From: a virus
Length of the DNA stretch: 64,000 nt
Reading direction: 5' to 3' (one strand)
Virus record (IMG/VR): IMGVR_UViG_3300045119_000180
Location: 1-64,000 of that record
Below the pieces are notes generated by a model. The model ran no database searches and was not told the origin of the DNA. It saw only the letters and a list, made by a program, of their open reading frames with translations. Each line of letters starts with the position of its first letter. The first letter of the stretch is position 1. Position numbers and translations under genes: made by a program. This document shows, in pieces, positions 1-10,500 of the stretch.

Positions 1-3000
1 TTACTACAGGGCTGTTTGTGAATCCCGCTTCTGTAGCGAGAGCCTTGATTGTCGTATTGCTGGTTACAGTAACAGCTGCAATAGAGCTTTCTGGAACTTG
101 GTATTGTGTGAATCCAGACGTAGTAGGGTACGTTCCCGGCGCATAAGATGTAATGCTTGAATTAACCGTGCAAACTCCCGGCGATGATGTAGTCGGAGTG
201 GTTCCGTCTGTCGTCACACATAAAACTGCGAACGGCGTATTATCCATGATCGTTACAACTGGAACGGACCCTGTTGTCGCCCACGGAAAACTTGGTAATC
301 CGGAAGATTGGTTAGTACTGGAAGTAGGGGCATATCCACCAGGTATAGGAGTAAAAACTGGCGTAGCTACCGTTGCTGCTGTTACCGTAGTAAACGTCAA
401 GTCGCTTCCGAAACTCGTGCCGACAGAGTTCGTTGCAAACGCTCGATAATGATACAACGTACTCGGATTCAACCCAGAAATAGCGCTAGTAAACGGTGTA
501 GCTATGCCATCTGAAGTACACGGCGTAGTCGGATTCAATGTCGTTGCGTAACAAACACCTTCTGAAGTAATGGACGCCCCACCATTATTAGTTACTGTTC
601 CGCCCGACGATGCGCTTGTAGTTGTAATGCTCGTAGCAACGGTAGTTGTTACTGTAGGGAGCGACAACGTAGTAAAAGTTAAATCGCTTCCGAATCCTGT
701 ACCAGCGGAGTTAGTCGCGAACGCTCGATAATGATATAGCGTACCAGTAGTCAGGCCGGAAATAGCACTGGTAAAAGGAGTCGCTGTTCCGTTTGAAGTG
801 CAAGGACTAGTCGGATTTGCCGTCGTTGCATAGCAAACACCTTCTGATGTAACAGACGCCCCGCCATTCGACGTTACCGATCCACCGGATGACGCCGTTG
901 TAGTGGTAATGCTAGTCGCGGTTGTAGTCGTTACTGTAGGAGCGACCGGACCGCCGGCAGCAAACTCATATGCGCCCTGATCCCACGCTGCTCCACGAGC
1001 GACTACAGTTCTAGCTGGACAAGTAACCGCATGAGTGCTGGAACTATAAGTACAAGCATACCGTGTATCAGATAAACAAGCCGCAGCGGCATTGCTTAAT
1101 GTCGAATCAGAACCGGCTGCTGTAGATAAAGAGTTGCAAAAGGACTGCTCATTAGTTCCATTATTAACCGTTGACCCAGAACTGTTGGCGGGAGAAAATG
1201 CAAATGCTTCTGCGTTTGTATACCCTTGACCATTTGCCGTAGCATGTGATTGCAAAAGAGATGTTACTGTTGTTCTTCCAGTACAAGGAGATGAATACGG
1301 AGAAGCCGAATTTGTGATAAAATGATTGTTGGCATCTGTAAATAGGTGCGTAGCCGTAGCGTTACATTGGAAAATGAAGCCGTTATCAGTAGCCTCAAAA
1401 GTATTATTGAAAATAACCAACGGGCCTTGGGCACCACTATTTTGTCCGATATTAAAATAATTCCCGCTAAGATTGGCGTTGTAAATAAGATTTCCGAAGA
1501 AATAATCGGTCGTGGATGTCCCCGGCTGTGGCCAGATGCCGACAATTCCAAGCGGGCAAGAACCTGAATCAACGCATATATTACTAAAGACGTTGTTATA
1601 GTAAGCGTGGGTGGTACTACTAGAAGAAAAACTCTCTTCGTATAAATTACCGTGCGCCTGCCCGTCTCCCGGCTCATACCAATGATCAAAAAGAGTGTCC
1701 CGGAGAATATGCCCTTTAGTCGTGACAATTTGCGAAGTAAATCGGAATACGCACTGAGCTATATTGTATCCGCCTTGGAACATAACCCCAAGGCTTCCGG
1801 GGTTGGAATCTGAGCCGTCTACCACATCTTGAAAATGCAAATCGCCGGGGTCGCTGTTGGTGCCGAGAAATGCGAACATATTGAAACAATGCCCAGTTGA
1901 ACCTGAACACCCCGCAAATGAAAGTGCCGTCCAGCCGTGGATGTAAAGATTCTCGTAAGTATTGCTGGCACCACCTGTTTCATTGATATACAAATCGTTG
2001 GCGAACGGAGCGTTTGTTGAGTTCTGGCATAACCCAGTCATTTCAAAATTGTCTAAAATTACAAAACTGGCTCCGCTAAACCTTGTCAAGTTGTTACTAG
2101 CACCAATTTGGTGAGCGCAACTTGCAACTGGAGATGTGCTCGTAGGATTATCTCCGTTGAATATCGGCCTGACCCACGAAGCTCCTGAGAACCATGTTTG
2201 GTCAACCCCGATGTAGATAGGATTACTAGACGTGCCGCTCCAACCACCTGATCCCCAGTCCCATGTTCCACCGGTCGCTGGAACGGTAGCTGCGCCGAAA
2301 TGCCAAGTATCGCCACCACGAAATATAAATCCGTGGCCGGCAGTTGGTGTTATCGCGCAAGAGCTTACGCAGTTAGGCATACCGGGAACGTGTGCCCAAG
2401 GATGCGCTTCATCAGCCCCCGTATTCGTATCTAAACCACTCGCGGCGACATAATGACATATAGTGACTCCGCTTGGCACACTAGCAGGACAAGAATTAGC
2501 CCCTCCTGACGGAGTAAAAGAGGTAATTAATGACTCCCAAGCAGTCGAAGTATTAATGATTCCCCAATTAGTAGTTTGTGAAGAAGATGCCGCAGCAAGA
2601 GTATAAGCTTGTCCGTTTACCGTAGTGACGAATGTACAGGTCTGCGTCTCGCCCGAACCCGCATACACCGGGCAAGCCCACGGTGCAGTTGACGAAGGAT
2701 TGACATGCTGCGTAGTATAAACAAAATTTACTAGTAAATCGCCTTGAATGCCGCTAATCGTTGGCTGATTAGCTGTCGTTCCTCCGCCACTCGATGAGCC
2801 CAAAGCGGAGTCAATATGATGCGTAAAGGTGCATCCAGCGCTAGGCGTGAAATCCATATAAGCGATCTGCGTCTGCGTTGCGCCAGTCATGTTCCAGGTA
2901 ATTGTCTGATTGCCTGATTGTGTAGACGACTGGATATAATACAAGAACCCTTGACCGGTAAACAGAGAGCCGCCGTCTGAAGTATGATCTCCTGAAACAG

Positions 3001-3253
3001 TAGTACGGACGGCCGTTTGCGAACCCATCGTAAGCGTACCAGGTGTGCAAGTCTGATAGCACCACACTGAAAATACTATTAAATCGCCTACTGCATTGAT
3101 AGCCGAAGTGTGCCCGCTACCGGTAGTAAGCGTTATAGAATTCCCAGATCCCATTTCGCTATAGTCCGCATTTTGCTTAGTAGAAGTACACGCAGCAAAC
3201 AAAGAGGTTACGGGCGCCAGAAAAGAGATCAAAAATACAAGAAGTTTACGCAT
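1..3253 (-). CDS. Large secreted Ser/Thr-rich adhesin/fibre-like protein (partial, runs off the left edge): signal peptide, beta-helix-like middle, two FN3-like repeats, chitobiase/FN3-like C-terminal module
   Basis: Absent from the ORF track, which is expected if it has no stop inside the window. ATG at 3253 overlaps the upstream stop (TAATG). Starts MRKLLVFLISFLAPVTSLFAAC; contains HYVAASGLDTNTGADEAHPWAH and two PTVTT...SSGG.VT.NGGAS.TSEGVCYAT...YHYRAFATNS repeats; the same frame reads TTIKALATEAGFTNSPVV at the window edge. Confidence 0.8.
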   Translation of the reverse strand, partial: MRKLLVFLISFLAPVTSLFAACTSTKQNADYSEMGSGNSITLTTGSGHTSAINAVGDLIVFSVWCYQTCTPGTLTMGSQTAVRTTVSGDHTSDGGSLFTGQGFLYYIQSSTQSGNQTITWNMTGATQTQIAYMDFTPSAGCTFTHHIDSALGSSSGGGTTANQPTISGIQGDLLVNFVYTTQHVNPSSTAPWACPVYAGSGETQTCTFVTTVNGQAYTLAAASSSQTTNWGIINTSTAWESLITSFTPSGGANSCPASVPSGVTICHYVAASGLDTNTGADEAHPWAHVPGMPNCVSSCAITPTAGHGFIFRGGDTWHFGAATVPATGGTWDWGSGGWSGTSSNPIYIGVDQTWFSGASWVRPIFNGDNPTSTSPVASCAHQIGASNNLTRFSGASFVILDNFEMTGLCQNSTNAPFANDLYINETGGASNTYENLYIHGWTALSFAGCSGSTGHCFNMFAFLGTNSDPGDLHFQDVVDGSDSNPGSLGVMFQGGYNIAQCVFRFTSQIVTTKGHILRDTLFDHWYEPGDGQAHGNLYEESFSSSSTTHAYYNNVFSNICVDSGSCPLGIVGIWPQPGTSTTDYFFGNLIYNANLSGNYFNIGQNSGAQGPLVIFNNTFEATDNGFIFQCNATATHLFTDANNHFITNSASPYSSPCTGRTTVTSLLQSHATANGQGYTNAEAFAFSPANSSGSTVNNGTNEQSFCNSLSTAAGSDSTLSNAAAACLSDTRYACTYSSSTHAVTCPARTVVARGAAWDQGAYEFAAGGPVAPTVTTTTATSITTTTASSGGSVTSNGGASVTSEGVCYATTANPTSPCTSNGTATPFTSAISGLTTGTLYHYRAFATNSAGTGFGSDLTFTTLSLPTVTTTVATSITTTSASSGGTVTNNGGASITSEGVCYATTLNPTTPCTSDGIATPFTSAISGLNPSTLYHYRAFATNSVGTSFGSDLTFTTVTAATVATPVFTPIPGGYAPTSSTNQSSGLPSFPWATTGSVPVVTIMDNTPFAVLCVTTDGTTPTTSSPGVCTVNSSITSYAPGTYPTTSGFTQYQVPESSIAAVTVTSNTTIKALATEAGFTNSPVV

Positions 3254-4593
3254 TAAAAGATTAAACCGTGCCCGTGGGCTATTCCCGCCGCTGCTGGACC
3301 GGAAAGCTTAAAGGAAGTTATAAGAGCTTCCCAAGGATTGCTATTAAGCTGCGTTTGATTATTAGAAGTGGATCCTGCAGAAGCACTTAAGACGTAAGAT
3401 TGAGAATTTATAGTAGTAATAAAAAATTGATTGTTTGTTTCACCGGCTAACCTATAATCGTTAGCTACCCAAGGGGTTCCAATAGCTGTTGTGTGAGTTG
3501 TAGCGGCGGTAAAATTGTACAGTATATCTCCCGTAGTAGGAGTGATTGAAGGAGTATTCATGGCTGTACCGGTGCCGGTACCTAAAGACGAATCAACGTC
3601 GTGGGAAAAAGTACACCCCGCGCTAGGTATAAACTCCTCATAAGCTAATTGATCATTTGTCCAAGATCCTGTAGGTGTCCAAGTGATTGTGACAGACCCG
3701 CTAGCAGAAGAGGCTAGATCATAAAATAGAAACGGCTGTCCACTATTTGCATTACTCGTACCGGATACGCTCGTTTGTACTGCCGTGTCACTACCTACAG
3801 TGATTGATCCGGCTCCACAGGTGGTTATGCACCATGCGGAAAGAGCAATAAGATCTCCTGTTTTAACAATATTTGCGGTAATTACAGGGTGTGTACCGGC
3901 AGATCCTTGAGCTGAATAATCAAAGAATCCTACGTCCGCTGTACAAGACAATGTTGCGCCAGATCCTTTTATTCCGATGATCATTCCGCCCGCGTTTCCA
4001 CAACCAGAATCCGGTGCTCCGGTGATAGTTCCCGCCGCGCTAGTTATTCCATCCGCGCCTGGCTCGCCGTTTGGGAAAGCCGATGTCCAAGTAACCCCAG
4101 TACCAGAAAAAGAACTAGCACTGGCGGAACAATTTCCTGCAAACAACACCGCTTCGGCAGAAAAACCAGGATTAAATGTCAATTTATTAGAAGGACTTAA
4201 ACAGACGTTACTGGCGGAAGTACACGGGGCCAAATGATCTAATGGCGTAGTTGTATCTGTACCGGATATCTCCCAACCATGAAAAGCATTAATTGTTCCG
4301 CATCCGGTACAACTAACCGACGTTTTACCCGATGTCGTACTATTAACAATCCAAGCACAGATAGACGATGAAGAGTTTGTAAGGCAGAAAAGTTTAGTAA
4401 AACTACCTCCTGCATTAAATGTACTTGACGTGCCTACCGTTGAACTATCCCAAACTACCACAAACGTATTCCCTGATCCTGTGCTAGTGATAGTTCCGGA
4501 GCCGGTCGTATTATAACGATGAACTATAGCCGGAGCAGCTTCAACCGATGAAACGATTGTTAAAAACAACAACACTGGTAATAAATATTTCAT
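3253..4593 (-). CDS. Secreted Ser/Thr/Gly-rich protein, putative virion-associated or surface protein
   Basis: 446 aa with a Sec-type signal peptide (MKYLLPVLLFLTIVSSVEA-A). Its C-terminal half is paralogous to the N-terminus of the 1..3253 protein. Confidence 0.8.
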   Translation of the reverse strand: MKYLLPVLLFLTIVSSVEAAPAIVHRYNTTGSGTITSTGSGNTFVVVWDSSTVGTSSTFNAGGSFTKLFCLTNSSSSICAWIVNSTTSGKTSVSCTGCGTINAFHGWEISGTDTTTPLDHLAPCTSASNVCLSPSNKLTFNPGFSAEAVLFAGNCSASASSFSGTGVTWTSAFPNGEPGADGITSAAGTITGAPDSGCGNAGGMIIGIKGSGATLSCTADVGFFDYSAQGSAGTHPVITANIVKTGDLIALSAWCITTCGAGSITVGSDTAVQTSVSGTSNANSGQPFLFYDLASSASGSVTITWTPTGSWTNDQLAYEEFIPSAGCTFSHDVDSSLGTGTGTAMNTPSITPTTGDILYNFTAATTHTTAIGTPWVANDYRLAGETNNQFFITTINSQSYVLSASAGSTSNNQTQLNSNPWEALITSFKLSGPAAAGIAHGHGLIF

Positions 4594-7500
4594 TGTTTAC
4601 AATCGATTTGGAACGTAATTTGTTTAGCAGTCGCGACAGCGGTAATGAAGAAGCCCAATGTGTCGTTAGCCGAAATTGCAGTAGAAGTAAAATCTGTTAC
4701 TGTAGTACTATCGATTTTTGTTCCGCTAGACAAAGACACGCCACTAGTAGAAATAGAATTAGATCCAACTGTAGGAAGCGCCGTGCCGCCATTTACACGA
4801 GCCGTCTTGATCGTTACAGTTCCGGCATCAGCCATGATGTGCCAGCCGGTAATTGTGCAAGCATAAGGAACTGTAATATACCCGACTTCACTCGTGGTTA
4901 ACGCGGACCCAGTTGCTACATCGCCATAGGACCAGCCAAGAGCACGAACTACTGTACGATCGACATAAGCCGTCGTAGCGATCTTAGTTGAGTTATCATC
5001 AGCAGATTGCGTCGTAGTCGTAGGAGAGCCCGCCAAAGCGACAGCAGAAGCAATCTGTGTTCCTGTAATCGTACCGCTAGTAATATCCGCAGCTACGATC
5101 AACGAAGACGTAACCGTTTGCGTCGACCCAGCAAAATGCGCAATACCAGCGCCGGGAGAAGACGCATTAACAACGTTAGCCGTCACTACGCCTGAATCGT
5201 GCAACAAACAAGTAGTCAAAGTAACCGTGCAATCGAGCAAACGACCTGTCGTCGGGACCGTAGCGAAGCCCTGAATAGTATTCGTTGTGGTAGCGCCGCT
5301 AGACAAAATCGTATGCGCTGCGGCCGAGCCATTAGCCAATGTCAATGTGCCAGCTACGCTATTGTCCGTACCCAAACTCGGTGTTGCTGTAAAAGCCCCG
5401 GTCGCGCCATTAGGAATCTGGCCAGAAGCACCTGAAAGGGAAATAACGCCGGTAGACGCAATCGCTACCGGAGCCGTACCACTCAATCCGGCGGATCCTA
5501 CTCTAGCAATCGCAATTTGCGTAGCGGTACTGATGCCGCCTTGTCCGGGCATCATCAAAACCTTCGGAGCTGTTTGTGTTCCTGTCGATCCAATATAAAC
5601 ACCGACGCTTAAGCCGTTGCCGCAAACTGTACTACTATCGACAACTTTATTTGCGCTAGTCGGGTCTTGGCATACAAAATCACCGTTTGTAAAGGTCGCT
5701 GAAGTAGCGTTAAAAGTATGCACGCCGCCAGCTGCCAAACTGCTTATAAAAGCGGTATTCGTCGTATTTGAATCAACAACACCGATAAAAGTTCCCGTCG
5801 TGGTACCGGAACAACTAGCGACAGTGTTGGTTGCCGTTACACAAGCCAAGTCATTATTGGCTATAGTTCCGGTAGTAAAATAAGGCTGATCAATTATTAC
5901 GGTACCGGGGCAAGAGGTTGCTGAAGCTACGCCGACACAATCACCAGCGGAAATAGATACATTGCCGCCTGTTGAAGAAGTTCCTGTACCAGCAGTGACA
6001 TTACCGCCTCTGATCGTAACATTGCCACCGAATAGAGTGTTGGCTGTAGAGCCAGACTCATCACCGCCACGAAGAAGAGTTACTCCACCTGCTGAAGAAG
6101 CTGTAGTGCTAGTGTTATCTCCGCCTCTGAAGGTTCCTTGGCCGCCGCCAGAACCGGCAGTAGCCGTATCTGCGCCACCTTGATATATCACGCTATTGGC
6201 AGCTGTGCCTTTATAACCAGTACCTGCATAAGGACCGGCAGCGATAACAGATCCACTTTGATTTACCGAGAATTCCGACGTAGTTCCAGACGCACCCGCT
6301 TGAAGATTAAGCAAAAGAGAGTTAGCTGCTGCAGCTGTCACTGTAGCACTAACTACTATGCCTTGTGCTGTCAATCCGGCGTTATTCCAAGTCGAAGCTA
6401 TTTGAAGGGCTGGAAACGCCACTGTACCAGTAATCGAACCTTGGCTGATGGACAACGGCGTAGCTGTTGATGCCGTAGCAGTAGATACAGCTACTTCACT
6501 TTGATTAGCCAATAAACCCGAAATAGTTCCGTTGGTTGCTGCTGAAGTTTCTCCGAACGTCATAGCTGCTTGCGTATTAGATGTCTGTGCCCAATTCCAA
6601 ATCTGTGGGTTATTACCGTTGGCAAGCGTATTACTAGCACCAGCCGCGCTCAAACCAGACAATAATGCGCCAGTACCGCTAGCCCAAATCATATTTCCAC
6701 TAGCATCTTCCGTAAGAAACTTAGTTCCGGAAGCGTTGCCGGCGAAAATAGACCATGTTGTTCCTGTGCCAGTAAGAATGTCTCCGTTAGCGGTTGACGT
6801 CAAAAACGATTGCGTCATAACGCTAGACGAATTGGTAAGAAGAGGGATACCCGTTGCTGCTGACGCTGGCAAAAGCCATTCATACGCCGTAACTGCGGCA
6901 GGCGATTCCAGCGTAGCAAAATTAGCTGTTCCATGACCATTCGCAGAACCTTGCTTCAGTGTCACGAAGCCGGCTGCTCCACCGCTACTACCAGAAAAAC
7001 CGGTGCCCGCAAAGCCGCCCGTATCCGAACTGGTTACAGTCGTACCATTGTCGGTTACACTTGAATTCGTAGGTGCCCCGCCTGCGCCACCACCCTTGAC
7101 AAGAATGTTAGTGTTAAGAATCCCGGACGAAGCCTGGACCGTAGTACTGCTGAAATATGGCACGCCTCCGGACGTTACACCGCTGACCGTAAGCGGATAT
7201 GCACCACCTGCGCTTGACGTCGTACCGCAAGAAAGAACACCCGTTGAAGCCGTGAAGTTTAAGTGGTTACCAGCGCTGTCAGTGCAATTCGGGAAAGCCG
7301 AATTTGTAGGCAGAACCGGCATTATAGTATTACTATTGTCGGTATAAGCTGTTCCAAACCACCCACCAGGAATTTTTTGCGTGGCATTACCGTTGACGGT
7401 GCCAGACGCAGGAATATAAGTAACCACACCGGTATTAATGTTAAATAGACTAAAAACAATATTGCTAGCCAATGCCGGACCGGTATAAGCCTGGGCTCCG

Positions 7501-10500
7501 GAGTTACTAGCTGTAATCAATGTTACGTTATCAGTTGTAGGAACTATATAGCTGGCACCAGTTTGAGCATCAATACTTATGCCTTGAAGAGCACACGTCG
7601 GATCCAAAGCAGCAGACCCAGTGACATTAAACATACAAACGTACTGGCCGTTTGTGCTTGGCGACGTAACCAAATTGAAGTTACTCGCGCCTTCGGTAAC
7701 CAAAAGACTGTGCGCAGTTGGACTTGACAACCCAGTGCCACCTTGTGGCGCCGTTACCGCCGCCGCATCAGTAAGAATGTTGGCGCTAGCATTTGGAAGA
7801 GTGAAGGTTTTAGTAGAACTGGCAGGGCCTGAGATTTGGAAGAAGCCGTTATTCGTACCGCCACGGGCTGCAGACAAAAGTCCCGTCCAACCAAGCGTCA
7901 ACGCTTGAGCCGAAATACTACCGGTAACGTTAGTGTCATTAACAACAGAATTGACCGTTGTAGTCGGAAGGTCGCCGGCTACTATGGTAGCAAAACCAGG
8001 GACTCCTGTTCCACCGGTGTTATTACCGAAATACGTATGCGCTGAAGCGTTAGACAGAGCAAACGACAACGCTGGCGTACTAGTCGGTGTAGTTACAGAC
8101 GTAGTAAAAAGAGGAGCTAGATTGCCTGAAGAGAAACTAGTAACAGAGCCGGTGCCAGATGTCGTTTGACAACTGCCGTCACCACGAAGGAATGTCGTGC
8201 TATTACACGTTCCAGTCCACAACGCAATAAGATCCGCTGATGTGGCCGCAGTAAACGCGCCAGTGCCATTACCTCTAATCGGACCTGTTATCGTACCAAC
8301 TCCAGTGCCGCCTTGAGCCGCAGTAACCAAATTAGCCGAAGTCAAAACCGTTGCATTGGCATCCGGAAAAGTGAATGTTCTAGCCACTGAAGGCCCAGTT
8401 ACTTGAAAGAAAGCACTAGCCGTTCCGCCACGGGCGGCGGAAAGAATACCAGTCCAGCCCAATGTCAAAATTTGGCTAGAAATACTACCTGTAACGTTAA
8501 CATCGTTCGTGATAGAGCTAGGTATAGTAGAAGGAAGGTCAGCCGCTACAATCGATGAATAAGCTGGCGCCGCAATAACACCCGTGTTGTTTCCGAGATA
8601 TGTATGCGCCGAAGCAGTAGAAAGATTAAACGTCAAAGCCGGAGTAGTTGTCGCTGTAGCTACTGAAGTCGTAAAAACAGGTGAGAGGTTTCCAGATGAA
8701 AACGACGTTACAGTTCCTGTTCCCGTTGTAGCCGAACAAGTACCGTCGCCGCGAAGGAAAGACGTATTATTACACGAACCTGACCACAAACCGATGATGT
8801 CCGCTGATACAGCCGCCGTAAACGGGTTTACGCCGTTTCCTTTAATCGGCCCCGTAACCGTACCGACGCCCGTACCGCCCTGAGCCACTGTAATCAACGC
8901 ATTATCAGTAAGTACGTTTGCATTAGCATTAGGAAAAGTAAACGTCTTTACCGAAGTAACCGGGCCACTTACTTGAAAGAAACCGTTGTTAGTTCCGCCG
9001 CGCAATCCGGAAAGCAAACCAGACCAGGCTAATGTCAATGTCTGTGTCGCGATGCTGCCGGTTATATTAGCGTCATTCGTGACCGAATTGACCGTCGTTG
9101 CAGGAAGATCCGCAGACACTATACCGACGTAAGCTGGTGAAGTTGAAACGCCAGTGTTGTTACCAAAATAAGTATGCGCCGCTGCGGCGGATATAGTATA
9201 AGAAATAGCGGGCGTCGTGCTCGATGTCGCCACAGCGGTAGTGAATAAAGGCGCAGCACTTCCAGAAGAAACGCTTGTTACCGTACCTGTACCAGCCGGC
9301 GCCGCGCAACTGCCGTCGCCACGAAGAAAGGTTGTGCTACTGCAAGTACCAGACCACAAACCATAAATATCTGCCGCAACTGCCGACGTAACTGCGCTGG
9401 TGCCATTTCCTTTGATAGGGCCTGTAATCGTGCCTACGCCAATACCGCCTCGCGAGACAGCCAACGTACCAGTCCAACCTAGCGTAGCTGCCTGAGCAGA
9501 GATACTCGCCGTAACGTTTGTATCGTTAACGAAACTCTGAACTACGTTGCTGTTCAACCGACCAGCTGCTAACACACCTGTCCAGCCTAACGTCAAAGCC
9601 CTAGCCGCAATACTACCTGTAACGTTCGTATCGTTAACGACTGAATTTACCGTAGTTGTAGGCAACTGACCCGCTACTAAACTACAAAAAGACGGCGCGG
9701 CCGTCGAACCGGTACAGTTACCGAAGACCGTATTAGCGGACGCCGTAGACAACGTAAAAGTCAAATTAGGCGTAGTGCTGGGATTTGTTACGCCGGTCGT
9801 AAACAAAGGCGTAAGATTACCAGCTGTGAAGTTAGTAACCGTGCCTAAACCACCGCTGCCGGCCGCTTGACAACTTCCATCGCCACGAAGGAACGTCGTA
9901 TTGTCACAAGTCGGTGTCCAAAGACTGATTACATCAGCCGCCGTCGCCGGAGTAAAAGGACTTACGCCATTACCCCTAATAAGACCGGATATGCTAACAA
10001 CACCTGTTCCGCCTTGACCAACTGTAACAGCGGCATTAGTAGTCAACACCGTAGCACTGGCATCCGGAAAAGTATAAGTACGAAGAGCCGTAGGACCCGC
10101 TACTTGAAAATTAGCTGACCCAGTACCGCCTCTAGCCGCCGCCAAAACGCTTGTCCAGCCTAACGTAAGAATCTGTCCGGCAATCGAGCCAGTAACATTG
10201 GTATCGTTCGTAACCGCGTTTACCGTAGTCGCTGGCAAGTCAGCGGCTACCAAACTAGAATAGCTAGGAGACGTCGTGGATCCGGTGTTGTTACCGAGAT
10301 AACTATGCGCCGCTGCCGTAGAAAGACTAAAAGACAAAGCAGGAGTGCTGGTTGCGGTCGCTACAGACGTCGTGAAGATCGGGCTAAGAGTTCCAGCCGA
10401 AAAGCTCGTGACAGTGCCCGCGCCCGAAGGAGTCTGACACTGACCGTCGCCGCGAAGAAACGTGCTGCTACTGCAAACACCTGTTGTCCACAATGCAATA

